64,000 bases of DNA, from assembly GCA_964462425.1 (NCBI GenBank), contig CAYWYD010000006.1:717-64716 (forward strand), read 5' to 3'. The translations under genes and the position numbers were made by a program. Below are positions 1-12,000 of this stretch, one piece after another. Under the pieces are notes generated by a model. That model had not been told where the DNA came from, did not search any database, and saw only the letters and a list, made by a program, of their open reading frames with translations. Position 1 is the stretch's first letter, and each line of letters begins with the position of its first letter. The DNA is from an uncultured Thermoplasmata archaeon. Its GTDB lineage: Archaea; Thermoplasmatota; Thermoplasmata; Halarchaeoplasmatales; Halarchaeoplasmataceae.

Positions 1-3000
1 TGCAGATCTATCGTATCGTCGCCGTCCGAATCGTGATAGGGACTGTCAGTCACATTCCATAGATAGACATATTCCTGCCCATCCAAAACCGCATCTCGAT
101 CGGTATCGGAGCGCAGGGGATCGGTGATATTGTTTAGTTCACCGGAGGCATCCAGGTAAGCCTCGCCGAACTCCTTGTACTTGAGATTTTCGTCGGGATC
201 GTCTAATGATTGGGAAGATTCTTTAGTAGGTCCATCATACTCAAATTCACATTCCTCAATGTACTCAGTAGCGCCAGCATCTCCTCCGTCGTTCCAGCCG
301 TCGCAGAGGTAGTCGTCGTCCGTATCCCTATCAAGCGGATTCGTCTCTCCTAGATCTATCCTCCCGTTCTGGTTCGCATCCTCCTCTGAATCAAGCAGCC
401 CGTCGTTGTCGCTGTCCGGGTCGCACGCATCTGTGAAGCCGTATTCCTTCACATCGGGGAGGCCGTCTCCGTCCGTGTCGTTCTTGAGCGGATTGGACAC
501 CACAGTCACGTTCGTCCGTTTCGGCTCGTAGTCCGGATATTTAGTGGGTTCCACCCAATCTTCCACCGTGATCGTCCAGCCCTCGACCTCTTCTCCATCA
601 GTTAAACCGTCTCCGTCGGTATCGGCTTCCAGCTGATCGGTCTTGTATTCCTGGTTAAAATTGCGTTTTCTCCCCTGCATCGTCGAGCGGAATTCATCGT
701 ATGGAGTTGGGTATTCAGATGCATTACCTAGCTCTCCGTATTTGTTTTGAGATTCGAGGCGGTTGTAGCCGTCCAGCAGGCCGTCGTCGTCCGTGTCGTT
801 CTTCAGCATGTCAGTCTTCGCGTAGGGCAGCAGCTTGACGGAATCATAGAAGCTGGACCCATCCCCTATAATCACGTCTTTATTACCATCTACGGCTAGC
901 TGATATGGGTCTAAGTCAGAGGAGTGCCTTTCTTCTATTATTCTCGTGTGCCTTAATGCGTTGATCGCAGGATAGTTCTCTTTATAGTCTTTCGAGAGCT
1001 TCAATATACGCCCCCACTTCTGCAGGTCCATCTCGAAAAAAGCGGAAAAGTAAAGATTGCCTTCTTTATCGATTGTTAAATCTCTAGTCGTTAAATCTCC
1101 AGTGCGCATTTCCCCATAACGGAGCAGTACTTTAACCGGTTTAGAAACGGTTTCGGTTTTTATCTTCTCTACCGTGGTTTCTTCATTTTTCTTCTTTATA
1201 TAATATACATCCCCTTCATTGTCCACTGTAATATTCTTTATGTCTTCATTTCCTTCAAGGAGCTTTTCTTCATCCCCCTTGTCAGTTGATCGGTAGATAT
1301 CTCCCGATCCGTCCAAATAGTAGAGATTCTGGGAGGAATCGAACGCTATATCTTTGGGCGCTTCGTCCAGCTCTTTAACCTTCTCCAATTTTTCCCTGTT
1401 CTCAAGAGGCGTACCGATGTAATAATTGTTTGGTAGTTTCATAATATAGTTAGATGACTCGTTTATGAAATAGATGTTACCTGACGAGTCGACCGTAGGA
1501 CTCTTATGTTTATCGAGATGATTTGAATTAAACCTCAATAGCAGATCGGCTTCATTAACATCCGAAGGAGTGCTCTGATCAGGGGTTTCGTCATAGTCTG
1601 CAGGAAGTTTCCATAAGCGATCTAGCTCATGGTGGGTCATAAAGTAGATATTCCCTGCACTATCTGTATCTAGCCCACCTATAGAATTGCGTTCCGAAAT
1701 ATTTACAAGCCCGGTACGAGTATCATCGTTTTTTCGAGTATTGTCCAGCTCGTACGGCATCATCTCGGGACCGTCGAGAAGACCGTCATTACGGCCAGAC
1801 CTACCGTCTGAATCCTTATCCATCATGTTCACTCCGTCGTTGAAAGTGTATCCCGGATGGCCGTCCACTTCCACGATTTGTCCGTCACCGTCGCTGTCCG
1901 TACCATACTGCGACTCCTCTCCATCTATCAGACCGTCGCCGTCGGAATCTATATCTATCATGTTCTCAAGATCCTTGTCATCGTTATCATAGTCAATCAT
2001 CCACGCTACTTCCATCGAATCTTCCAGACCGTCGTTGTCCGAGTCCCTATCCCTCGCATTCACGAGCGTGTCGGTCGGCCACTCCCCTACATTCATCATC
2101 ATGTTCATCGTTTTACTGTTCTTCGGTTCACATTCCTCGCTCCAGTTGACCTCTTCCCCGTCCATTATCCCGTCGTCGTCGGTGTCCCAGTCGCAGGGAT
2201 CCGACAGGTACTTCTGTTGGTTACGATATTTCGTATCGTTCACCGTATACTCCTCTACGGGGACCTGTTCGGCCGCTGAATAAATATGGGCGGTCACCTG
2301 ATATTTTTCCTCCCCATTCTCGGCGGTATAGTTCGAGAGTTCGCCCACTGGGGTATCGAGGACATAGATATATTCGTGCTCGTTTGTTAAGTTGACTTGA
2401 CTTATATACACAGCCCCGCCGTCCTCAAGCTCGAACAGCTCGATATTTTCTTCCGAAACGACCGGATCGGTAACCTTCGGGTCTTCTATGGTTTCCAAAT
2501 GGGTGTAATTGTATCCCTTCAAAACGCTGTGATCTCCATCCCCGTCGTAATGTATCCAGCTGTCATCTTTGCCGTAATTTTGGAATTTTTTCGTCCCCTC
2601 TTCTACGTTCGTCCTGTAGATGACTCCGCCGCGAGAAATATTATAACCGATCTTGGTACCGTCTTCGTCGGTTATATTCCTCCGCTTTTCGTAGAGCGAT
2701 ACCTCTTCTCCGTCCAGTAGCCCGTCATCCTTCACTTCCGCTCCCACCGACGCTTTATCGGTGTTCCGCTTCTTCGGATTCGTTCCTACGATGTACTCCT
2801 CACGATTGATCAATCCGTCTCCCGTGGTGTTCCAGTCGTACTCGTAGAGTTCGTAATCCAGAGAATAATTCATCATCGACCATGATCCCGGATCCTTCAC
2901 GTGGCTCGTGCCGTTGAGATCGTGGGCTCTCCACCTGAACTTTTCACACGTCTTCTTCTTCCTCAGCAGTATGGTATAGTTGGTATCTTTCAAGGCGTCG

Positions 3001-6000
3001 ATGTCCGGAATATCTATACGGTACCAGCCGGCGTCTCCTCCCGTTATCGACTTCGAGGCCAGGAGTTCGTTCTCCTCCCCGGAAACGGGCCCGCTGCCGT
3101 TCCAGATCTCCATCTCCGCGCTGACGTTCTCACAGCCCGAGATGTTGAGGTTCAATCCTACGCTGCTGATCGTCTTCTCTTCCGGCAGGGTGAAGTTTAC
3201 GGCTCTTGCGGGTTCGTCTTCGTCTATCACCCGAGACTTGGTATATTCCTTGTAAAGTTCGTAATCGAGCGAAAAATCACATTCAAGAATCCGACCGATA
3301 TATTCGGACCACGCCCAGCTTTCACCCGATCCCTTCGAGCCCCCTCTCCATTCGAAATCATATGCTGTATCATCGTTTCTAACCAACGCTATGCCGTAGT
3401 CGTAACCTTGAGCCAGTTCTGAACTGTCAACATCCATCACGTGCCATCCGATACTTCCGCCGGTTATCATCTTTGTTTCTATCACAGCTTCGTCGGACTC
3501 AAAGATAGTATCGCTTTTGATATAGGTGGAGAACTCATCACCACTCATCGCCGATAGGTTCAAGAGGTAAAGGGTCCCGGCATGCTCGCCTTCGGAACAG
3601 TCAGTCATGTCAAGGTTGACTCCGACGCTCCTGGTATCCGTATCATCTGCTTCGAGAGTGAAGTTTACCCCTCTAGCAGGAACATCTTCATCGATCGAGT
3701 ATTCGGTTTCGATGTCCTTTTCACTCGGATCCTCGTCCACCACAGTATCGTACGGATATATCGGGCTGAGGAAGTATTCCATCGAATCACGGGTCTCGTT
3801 GTGGTACATGTGCGGCTCGCGGGTCGAGTACCAGACCTCGTACCCGTCGGGTATGCCGTCACCCACGACATCGCCGTTCTCGTCTATATCGCTGTCCTCT
3901 GTGATCGGACTCGTCTCTCCCTCGTAACCGACAAAATCGCCATCCTCCCATTCCATCTTCGGCTCGTATGTGTCGTTGTAGAAACCCCAAGGTCTAGAGT
4001 GGTTCTCTCCGCTTTCATCGACGGTGTATTCGTCGCATTCGCCGTCCATGTCTAGGTCTTCGCCCTCCCAGACCTGTACGAGGTTGTCCACCTTTCCGCC
4101 TCTCTCCCAGTTATCCACATCGTAGTCCCAGTAGTTGAGATCTTTGTACCTGTTTTGGTGAGAGCCGAACCTTACCTGGCTCTCATCCTCCACCGGCGTC
4201 GGGTTGTATATCCATCCGTCCGTGAATCCATCCGGTAAACCGTCGCCGTCGGTATCCGGATCCGTCGGGTCCGTTGTAGTGGCTCCCTTATCAGCATCAA
4301 AATTGTTTATCGGGGTGAAATCATAGGGGTCCTGCCAGTGAGCCAGTCTTTCTACCCATGAACCCGGCGTTTTTAGATCGCTGTTGTTCTCTTTGATCTC
4401 CTCTTCCGTCATCCCGAGCTCCACGCCGTCTCTTACACCGTCGAGATCGCTGTCACGATTGCCCGGGTCCGTACCGTGTATCTCTATCTCCTGATAATCG
4501 TTCAGACCGTCGTGATCCGGGTCCGATGCAGCAGCGTATCCCTCGTTATAGGCCTCTCGTCCGTCCTTTATTCCGTCACTATCGGTGTCCGCCGAAAGGG
4601 AGTCGAGACCTTTCTTCTCCACTCTTAGATTATCGAGGTTCAGTACCTTCATAAGGTCGATCCCGTCCCAATCGAATTTTTCCGGTGAATCCCGTATCCT
4701 GTCCAGGGAAATACCAACGGTGAGCCTGTACTCCCTGTTCTCCGTCAGGTCGTACTCTCTTTCGCTCCACCAGTAGGTCTTACCTCTGATGTTATTGTTT
4801 TCAGGATCTCGATACATCTCCTCGATGTTGATGGTATCCCTGCCTTCACCTTCTATCGGTCGCACCTCTTCACCGCTGCTGCTTTTCAACTTCATATAGG
4901 TGGCGTTCTTCATCGCCTTTCTTATGTAGGAAGCTGTAGATGCGGTGACACGGAAGTCCTCTCCCCAATCTATAGCCGAGCTGTTCGGCCTTTCACTAGA
5001 GTTCCTAGGCGTCACCATCTTCTTACCAGCCTTGACATCATAATCCGGCCTGAGCATGAACCTATATCGCCCAGTCCCGTCGATCCTCGTTTCGAGAGTT
5101 ATCCAACTGTCGTCACTGATGTCCTTTTCTTTAGAAGACGTCAGCGAGACACCCGTCTGATGTATAAAATTGCACGGCGAACCCTTCCATTCTTCGAATT
5201 CCACCGCATCCTCCGTCTCTATGATGTCCTTCCCGAAGAAATCGTGATGTTCCGTACCATCGAACAAACGATCTCCGTCCGTATCTATCTGAAGAGGATC
5301 GGACAGATACTCGATACTTATAGAGACGTTCGAAAGCGTGAGTTCTCCTTCATATTGCGAAGTCACGTTCAAAGTTGCGTTTATTTCCTCTTTAGAGGTC
5401 TTCCTGCCGTCTAGATATCTATTTATCGCAGAAGCCAGATTCAGCGTCCTTTCGGGCTCCGTGAACACCGACGTGTGACTCCCCACGGTATCGGAACCTA
5501 TACCGATCGTGTAGTTCTGGTTCAACATATGTATGCCGTTTTCCTCCCACACGACGGTGCCGCCCCATATATCCAAGTTCGAGACGTCACCGGCGGCGAA
5601 AGATCTGCTCTTTTCGGTCATGTTATCGAAATAGTGTATAGTTTCATCCGAGGAACTAGTGTTCCAGACGACTTGTTTCCCGTATATCTTCGGATCTCCC
5701 TTGTCAGAATCTCCCTCTTCTATCCATGTTGAATTTGTCTTAATTTCATGTATGAGTATGCGATCATCTTCATTCAACTCGCCATCTCTTTTCCAAACCA
5801 TCCTGGTGCCGTAGATGTCCGGCCGGCGATCTTCCGCCGAATCATAACTGATCCTGAACAGGCCGTCGCCGTCGTTATAAGGTTTCACGGATTCCCTAAG
5901 ATCGTACATGTATATGTCCGCATCCCCATTCCGCTCGTCCTCCCAAACTATCCGATTTCCGTATATCTCGGGGTATAACTGATCATGAGAATCATTCGTT

Positions 6001-9000
6001 ATGCGGGTCGTCGATCCTTCAGCGATATCGTACATGTAGATGTCATAATCTCCGTCCTCTTGGCTCTGCCAAACTATCTTATCGTCATGGATAGACGGAT
6101 GTTCCTGAGCTAAGCTAGTGAGCGGGATGGGTTCTTCATTCTCTTTATTCAGATCATACAGGGTTATATTTTTATTTGTGCCGCTGTTGTTCTCCCAGAC
6201 TACCCAGTTTTCATGTATCTCCGGCCTGGACGTGTCACCACTGTAGCTTATCTGTGTAGTGTTTTCTTCCCTGATATCGTACAGGTATATATTCTCGTCG
6301 GTGGAGTTCCTCCACACCACCTTATCTCCGTAGATCGACGGATTTCTGCCCTCTTTGCTCAACTCTAACTTCTTCGAGGTGCCCTCGACGTCCATCGAAG
6401 CCTCCGTTAATTCCGCTTCCTCCGGAAGTGTGATGTTTACCTCCTCACTGCCACCCTCGGAGAAATCGAGCGTGTATCTTTCTTCTCCCTCGATCGCATC
6501 ATTTTTGAGAGCCGACATGTTGGATATCATATATTTGTCAAGACGGGCCGAGTGATCGCCGGTGGCGTTAGCCCACATCTTTAATTCCGTTTCCTCTTCC
6601 AGTACTATCGGGTCGGTCCTATTCCAATCGTATTCAGCCCCGAATTTTATCTCCTCTGTCGTCTCGCCACTGCCGTCTATGAGGGTTACCTCTAAACAGG
6701 ACTCTTCGTTGTCTGGACCCTTCTCCGCATCCGCAGCTTTAGCTTTGAAGTAATATCTATATTCACCCGGAGAGAGTTCTACAGAAGTGTTATCTCCTTC
6801 TAAGATAACATCGTCCGGATCGGGCACGGCCGCTTTACTGTTGCTCGCGTTCGAGTCTATCACTCTTTGATCTTCAGGTACTTTATTCTCACCTTCGTAC
6901 CAGTAAGTACCTTCCCGCACTTCCATCCCGTCGCCCAGATGATCTCCATCGGTATCGCTGTCCAGTGGATCCGTGATCTGGCCCGGGGTGATATCCGTTG
7001 GATTTCCATCCGAATCTTCTATCCGGACGAGCATAACGTCGCTCACGTAAACTTCTACTTCCGATGACGGGAAGGTGGCGTTAGCCCACAGCCTTAAGTC
7101 TCCGTCTTGAGTCTCGAAACGCGGCGTCGAGTACCACCTGTACATGGACTTCAAAGCGTGTTTATCGTCTTTCACAGGTTCGCTTCCGGCTGCCGAAAGC
7201 GATATGCTAGCGGGTACGTCCTCCTCGGTATGATCCTTCCTCGCCCGTACATAATACCGATAGAGACCTTCATCTACGATGGGGAACGTCCCGTGGTTCA
7301 AGATCTCATTATTATCGACCTGCGTAAGGACTTCCTCGTCTCCCCCTCCCAGATTCGCCGAACCGTCGACCAGTACCTGGGTACTGTCGATTCTATGATC
7401 GACAGCATCCATCCAGTGGATGTTCTCGCTGCTCTCGAAACTGTCTTCCACCTGGTCGTTGTCGGAGTCGCCGCCCGAAATGAGCGTTAAATCCTTCGGT
7501 GAGTCCATGACAACGTCGACTTCGTTATCCTCGTTAGTGGTGATATTATGTGGTGTGTAATAGTCAAAACCGGACCCATCCTGCTCATAGGCTTTTATCA
7601 CCCGCGTGGTCATGTTTCCGTCCGATCCAGTCCCCACATCAAACCTCTCATCCTTGGCATTTTCGACTGTTACCGTCGTGTCGACACTCTCTCCGTCCTC
7701 GTTCTCGACTCTCACGTCGAGGCTCATCTTGACGGTCAGATTTGAGTCCTCGATGACATCAACCTTCGTCCTCGTGAAGTAGGTATCGACCGCCGTCACA
7801 TGAGAACCTTCTTTCAATTCTAGGTCATGGTCGCTACTGCGATATATCTCGGTCTCATTCAGGTACAAAGTCGTATTTTTGAATCTTATCCCCACGTCGT
7901 TGTTTCTCAGAGTATTGTTGGTCATATAGGCGGCGTTGTCCTCGGCCTGGATACCCACTCCGTTCTCATCTATCGTGTTGTTCGCCACTAAAAGGTTCGA
8001 ACGACCGGTTCGGATACCCACACTGTTGTTCGAGATTTTACAATTGGTAATCTCTCCACCGTCATGATCCACTTTTTCGAAGCCGTATTCGAAGAGATGT
8101 ACACTTCCACCTTCGGCGTTGTAACCGGGCCCGCCTGCCAATATCCTATCGGCACCGGGATATTCCCGTCCCGATATCGAGGCACCCAAGTAACCGTTCT
8201 TCTCCGTCCCGCTGTACCTAAGATCGGCCATCGCGGCGTCCAATCTCAGGCAATTCTTGTCTAATCTAGTGAAGGTGTAGATAGAACCGGCGTCTTCCTT
8301 ATCTTCGGTATCTACACCGGGTGCGCCCACCATGATATCTCCGTACTCTTTTTGATCATCGTTGGACATCGTAGCGACGCTATAGCCGAATCCACCGCCG
8401 TCGGGATTACCTGTGAAAGTTACGTTCGGATGGTCCACCGTCAGATTTCCCTCCATACCCGGAGAGCCGTAGAAAAGATAGGCTCGACCGGTATCGTTAT
8501 CGTGACCCGGAGATCCGATCAGGATATCGTCATAGGAATCCTTGTTTATATCTGCTCCTGCGTCGATCGACCATCCGACTTCCTCACCTTCTTGTTCTCC
8601 GGTGATATTGATATCGGCCGTATCCAGCTCAGTGGATTTGTATCTTCTCCGCCCGGTATACACGTAGGTCTTTCCTTTCTCGGCGTCATGTTTTGGAGCG
8701 CCCACCACTATATCGTCATAACTGTCACCGTTTATATTCCCGGCGATCGATACGGATGTTCCGAATCTGTCTCCCTCCCATTCGCCATCCATCGTTACGA
8801 GGGACCCTCTCTTCTGCTTGATCTGTAGATCGTCTATATACCAACCGTTCGCAATTTCGTAAGTGTCTGAATTAAGTCTAAACCGTAGGTGGATAGTTCT
8901 CCCGCTGTATTTACTCAGGTCTATAGGAGCGACCCTCTCCCACGATATCTCCCCATTAACTACCTGAGAGTGGCCTGTAAAATTAGCGAGCTCTTTCCAG

Positions 9001-12000
9001 GTAGTGCCGTCGGTCGAGATCTCCACGAAGCCGTAATCATAATTCTCTTCGAACCAGTACGCTTGGGACCATGTCAGTTCAGCCGACCAGAAACTCGGCA
9101 GCTCGATAGTCGTGTTCAGATAAGCATCCGCTTCGTTTTCATAATAATCATCTAGATCAATACCCCAGCAGTTTTGACCTGAATTTGCTGAACTCGGGTT
9201 GTCGCCGGGAGAACCATCGTTCACCGGCTTTCCCAGATTCCACTCGTCTTTTGCACCACCGTGGCTCCACCCATCCTCGAAACTGTCATAAAGATACGCC
9301 GTGTCGGTGGTGTTGTTCATCACCTTGACGTCGTCGATGTACCAACCGTTCGCATATGATCCTCCCGATTCGAGTCTAAACCTGAGATGGATGGTTTTAT
9401 CCCCGTAGCTAGTCAAATTGATCGTAGGTGATTTCTCCCACTTTATTTTACCGCTTTTATTAAGGGGTGTATGACCAGTGAAGTCGGCGACTTCATCCCA
9501 ATTAGAACCGTCCTTGGAGACTTCAACGTAACCATGATCATCAGAACCCCAAAAACCATCATAAAACCAATAAGCTTGATACCAGGTCAAAACTGGATCG
9601 TTAACCGGGGAAAGATCGATCGTAGTTTCTAAGGAGGCATCGGCACCGCCCTCATAATGATCGTCTAGATCCGTGCCCCAGCAGTTTTGACCTGTATTTG
9701 CCGAACTCGGGTTGTCGTCCGGCTCACCGTCGTTCACCGGAGGGCCGAGTTCCCATTCGTCATAATCCCCCCCATGTGTCCATCCGTACTCGAAATCCTT
9801 TTCACGATAAGTTAATTTATTGGAAGCGTCATAAACGGTGACGTCGTCTATATACCATCCGTTTTCATACGTATAAGCGTCCGAATCCAGTCTGAAACGC
9901 AGGTGTATATCCTTTCCCCTATAGCCGCTCAGGTTTAAAGGAGCGGCATACTCCCAGGATATCTCTCCGTTAACGACCTGGGTATTGCCGGTGAAATTGG
10001 CTAGCTGTTCCCATGTATTGCCGTCACTCGACACCTCTACGAATCCATAATCGTGATTTTCCTCGAATCGGTACGCGTGGACCCAACTAAGTCTAGGTGA
10101 CTGAATTCCTTTTAAATTTACACTCGTGTTCAGATACGCGTTCGCCTCGTTCTCATAATAACTACCTAGGTCCGTGCCCCAGCAACTTTTGCCTGAATAT
10201 GCTGAACTCGGATTATCGGCCGGATAACCCTCACTCACCGGCTCTCCTAGATTCCACTCGTCTTTCGCCCCACCGTGGTTCCATCCGTACTCGAAATCAT
10301 CTTCAAAATATGTTTTATCGTAATCGGATTCGTTTACTAATACGTCGTCTATATACCAACCGCCATAATGCGTGTAAGTGTCGCTATCGAGCCTAAATCT
10401 CAAATGAACGGTCTGTCCGGTATAGGCGCCTAAGTTGACCTCCGGAGCTTCCTCCCAATCTACCGTTCCATTGTTGACAGGCGTTTTTCCCGTGAATTTA
10501 TCGAGGGATGTCCATGTACCGCTGCCGTTGGAGGCTTCCACGTATCCGTCATCGTAACCATCTTCCAGATAAAGAGCGTGATGCCAGTTCAAAGTTGGAT
10601 TATTAGCTGAAGACAGGTCGACGGAGAACTTCAGATAGGCGTTCTGATTACTTGAATAAGTATCATCTAGATCGGTACCCCAGCAGTTCTCTCCGGAATT
10701 AGAGGAATCCGGGTTGTAAAGTGGACCTCCATCATTCACTGGAGTGCCGAGTTCCCAATTATCCTTATCCCCCCCGTGTGTCCATCCGTAATCAAAATCG
10801 TCTTTAAATATATCTCTCGTCATCCCTCCCATGTAAGTATAAACACGTCCGGTATTGTCGTCAAAATTATCTGTGCCATAGCCGGGAGCTCCAACAGCTA
10901 TGTCGTCGCAACCGTCGCCGTTGACGTCTCCTCCACTGGAGACCGAATAACCGAATTCATCTTCTTTCTGCTCCCCGTGAAAGACTTCCACGGCGTCTTT
11001 TGCAGAATATTTATATCCTCCCTGTGAGAGTTCATCTCCATAAAAGATGTACACCGTCCCGTTATCGGTGCCAGGAGCCCCGATCACCAGATCGTCGTTT
11101 TCATCCCTACCTAAATCACCGCTCGATAAATCATAGCCAAATTTACCTTCTTTTTCCGATCCATTTATCCTTATATCGGCATCGGACGAGTTCAATCGAT
11201 AGTCACTATAATTATCCTTTTCTTTTCCATAAAAGATATAGACCGCACCGGCGTTCTCTCCTCCGGTATCGTTTCCCGGTGCTCCTACGGCTATATCGGC
11301 CTTTCCGTCATCGTTTATATCTCCGATATTCGTTACGTATCTTCCCAATCTCTCTCCATTTTCACCTATACCTCTTTTGTGTTTGACCGTCGGGTCGGAA
11401 GAGTTGTTAGGTGCATAGATACCTATCTCGCTGTCCTCTATCGTCGAATCCGCTATAGTTACGTTATCTGTATAAAGCTGGATGCCGCCCATCATATTCT
11501 CGGCCCATAGATTGTCAACTCTAGTATTTTCCATCGTGAGATTTCCATATACGACGAATTTGAAAGAATTACTGAAACCTTCTTCCATACTGGTAAGGGT
11601 CGAATTCTTTACCACGAACTCCGACCCGCGTTTCACTTTTATGGCAAATTGACCGGGCTGGGAACAGTTCATCAAGAAATTAACCTTCTCGAATGTCAGT
11701 TTACTCTGGTTTGTTACCACCAGATTGCCAGATAATTTCAATCCCCTTTCATCCTTAACAACGGTATCATTCTGGACTATCCAGTCGTATCCGTCTTCTT
11801 CAGGGGGCTGAGTTCCGGTTGTTCCGGCTTCTGCAAAGCCGCTGGTGAAAACCGCTCCGACTATGATCACCGCGGCGAAAACAGCGAAAGTTCTCAAACC
11901 GCTACGGATCTTATCGGACCTGAAGAGGCCTCTCTTTGAAGCCATCTTTGGTTCCTCATCCTCCACTTCTTCAGAATCGTCTGATTCCTCCTTACATGAG

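Noticed and set aside
1687-11386. About 35 plus-strand ORFs (60-173 aa) listed by the track across the first 12 kb.
   Set aside because: All lie antisense to the continuous minus-strand giant ORF. They are low-complexity or proline/serine/arginine-rich shadow frames with no motifs.
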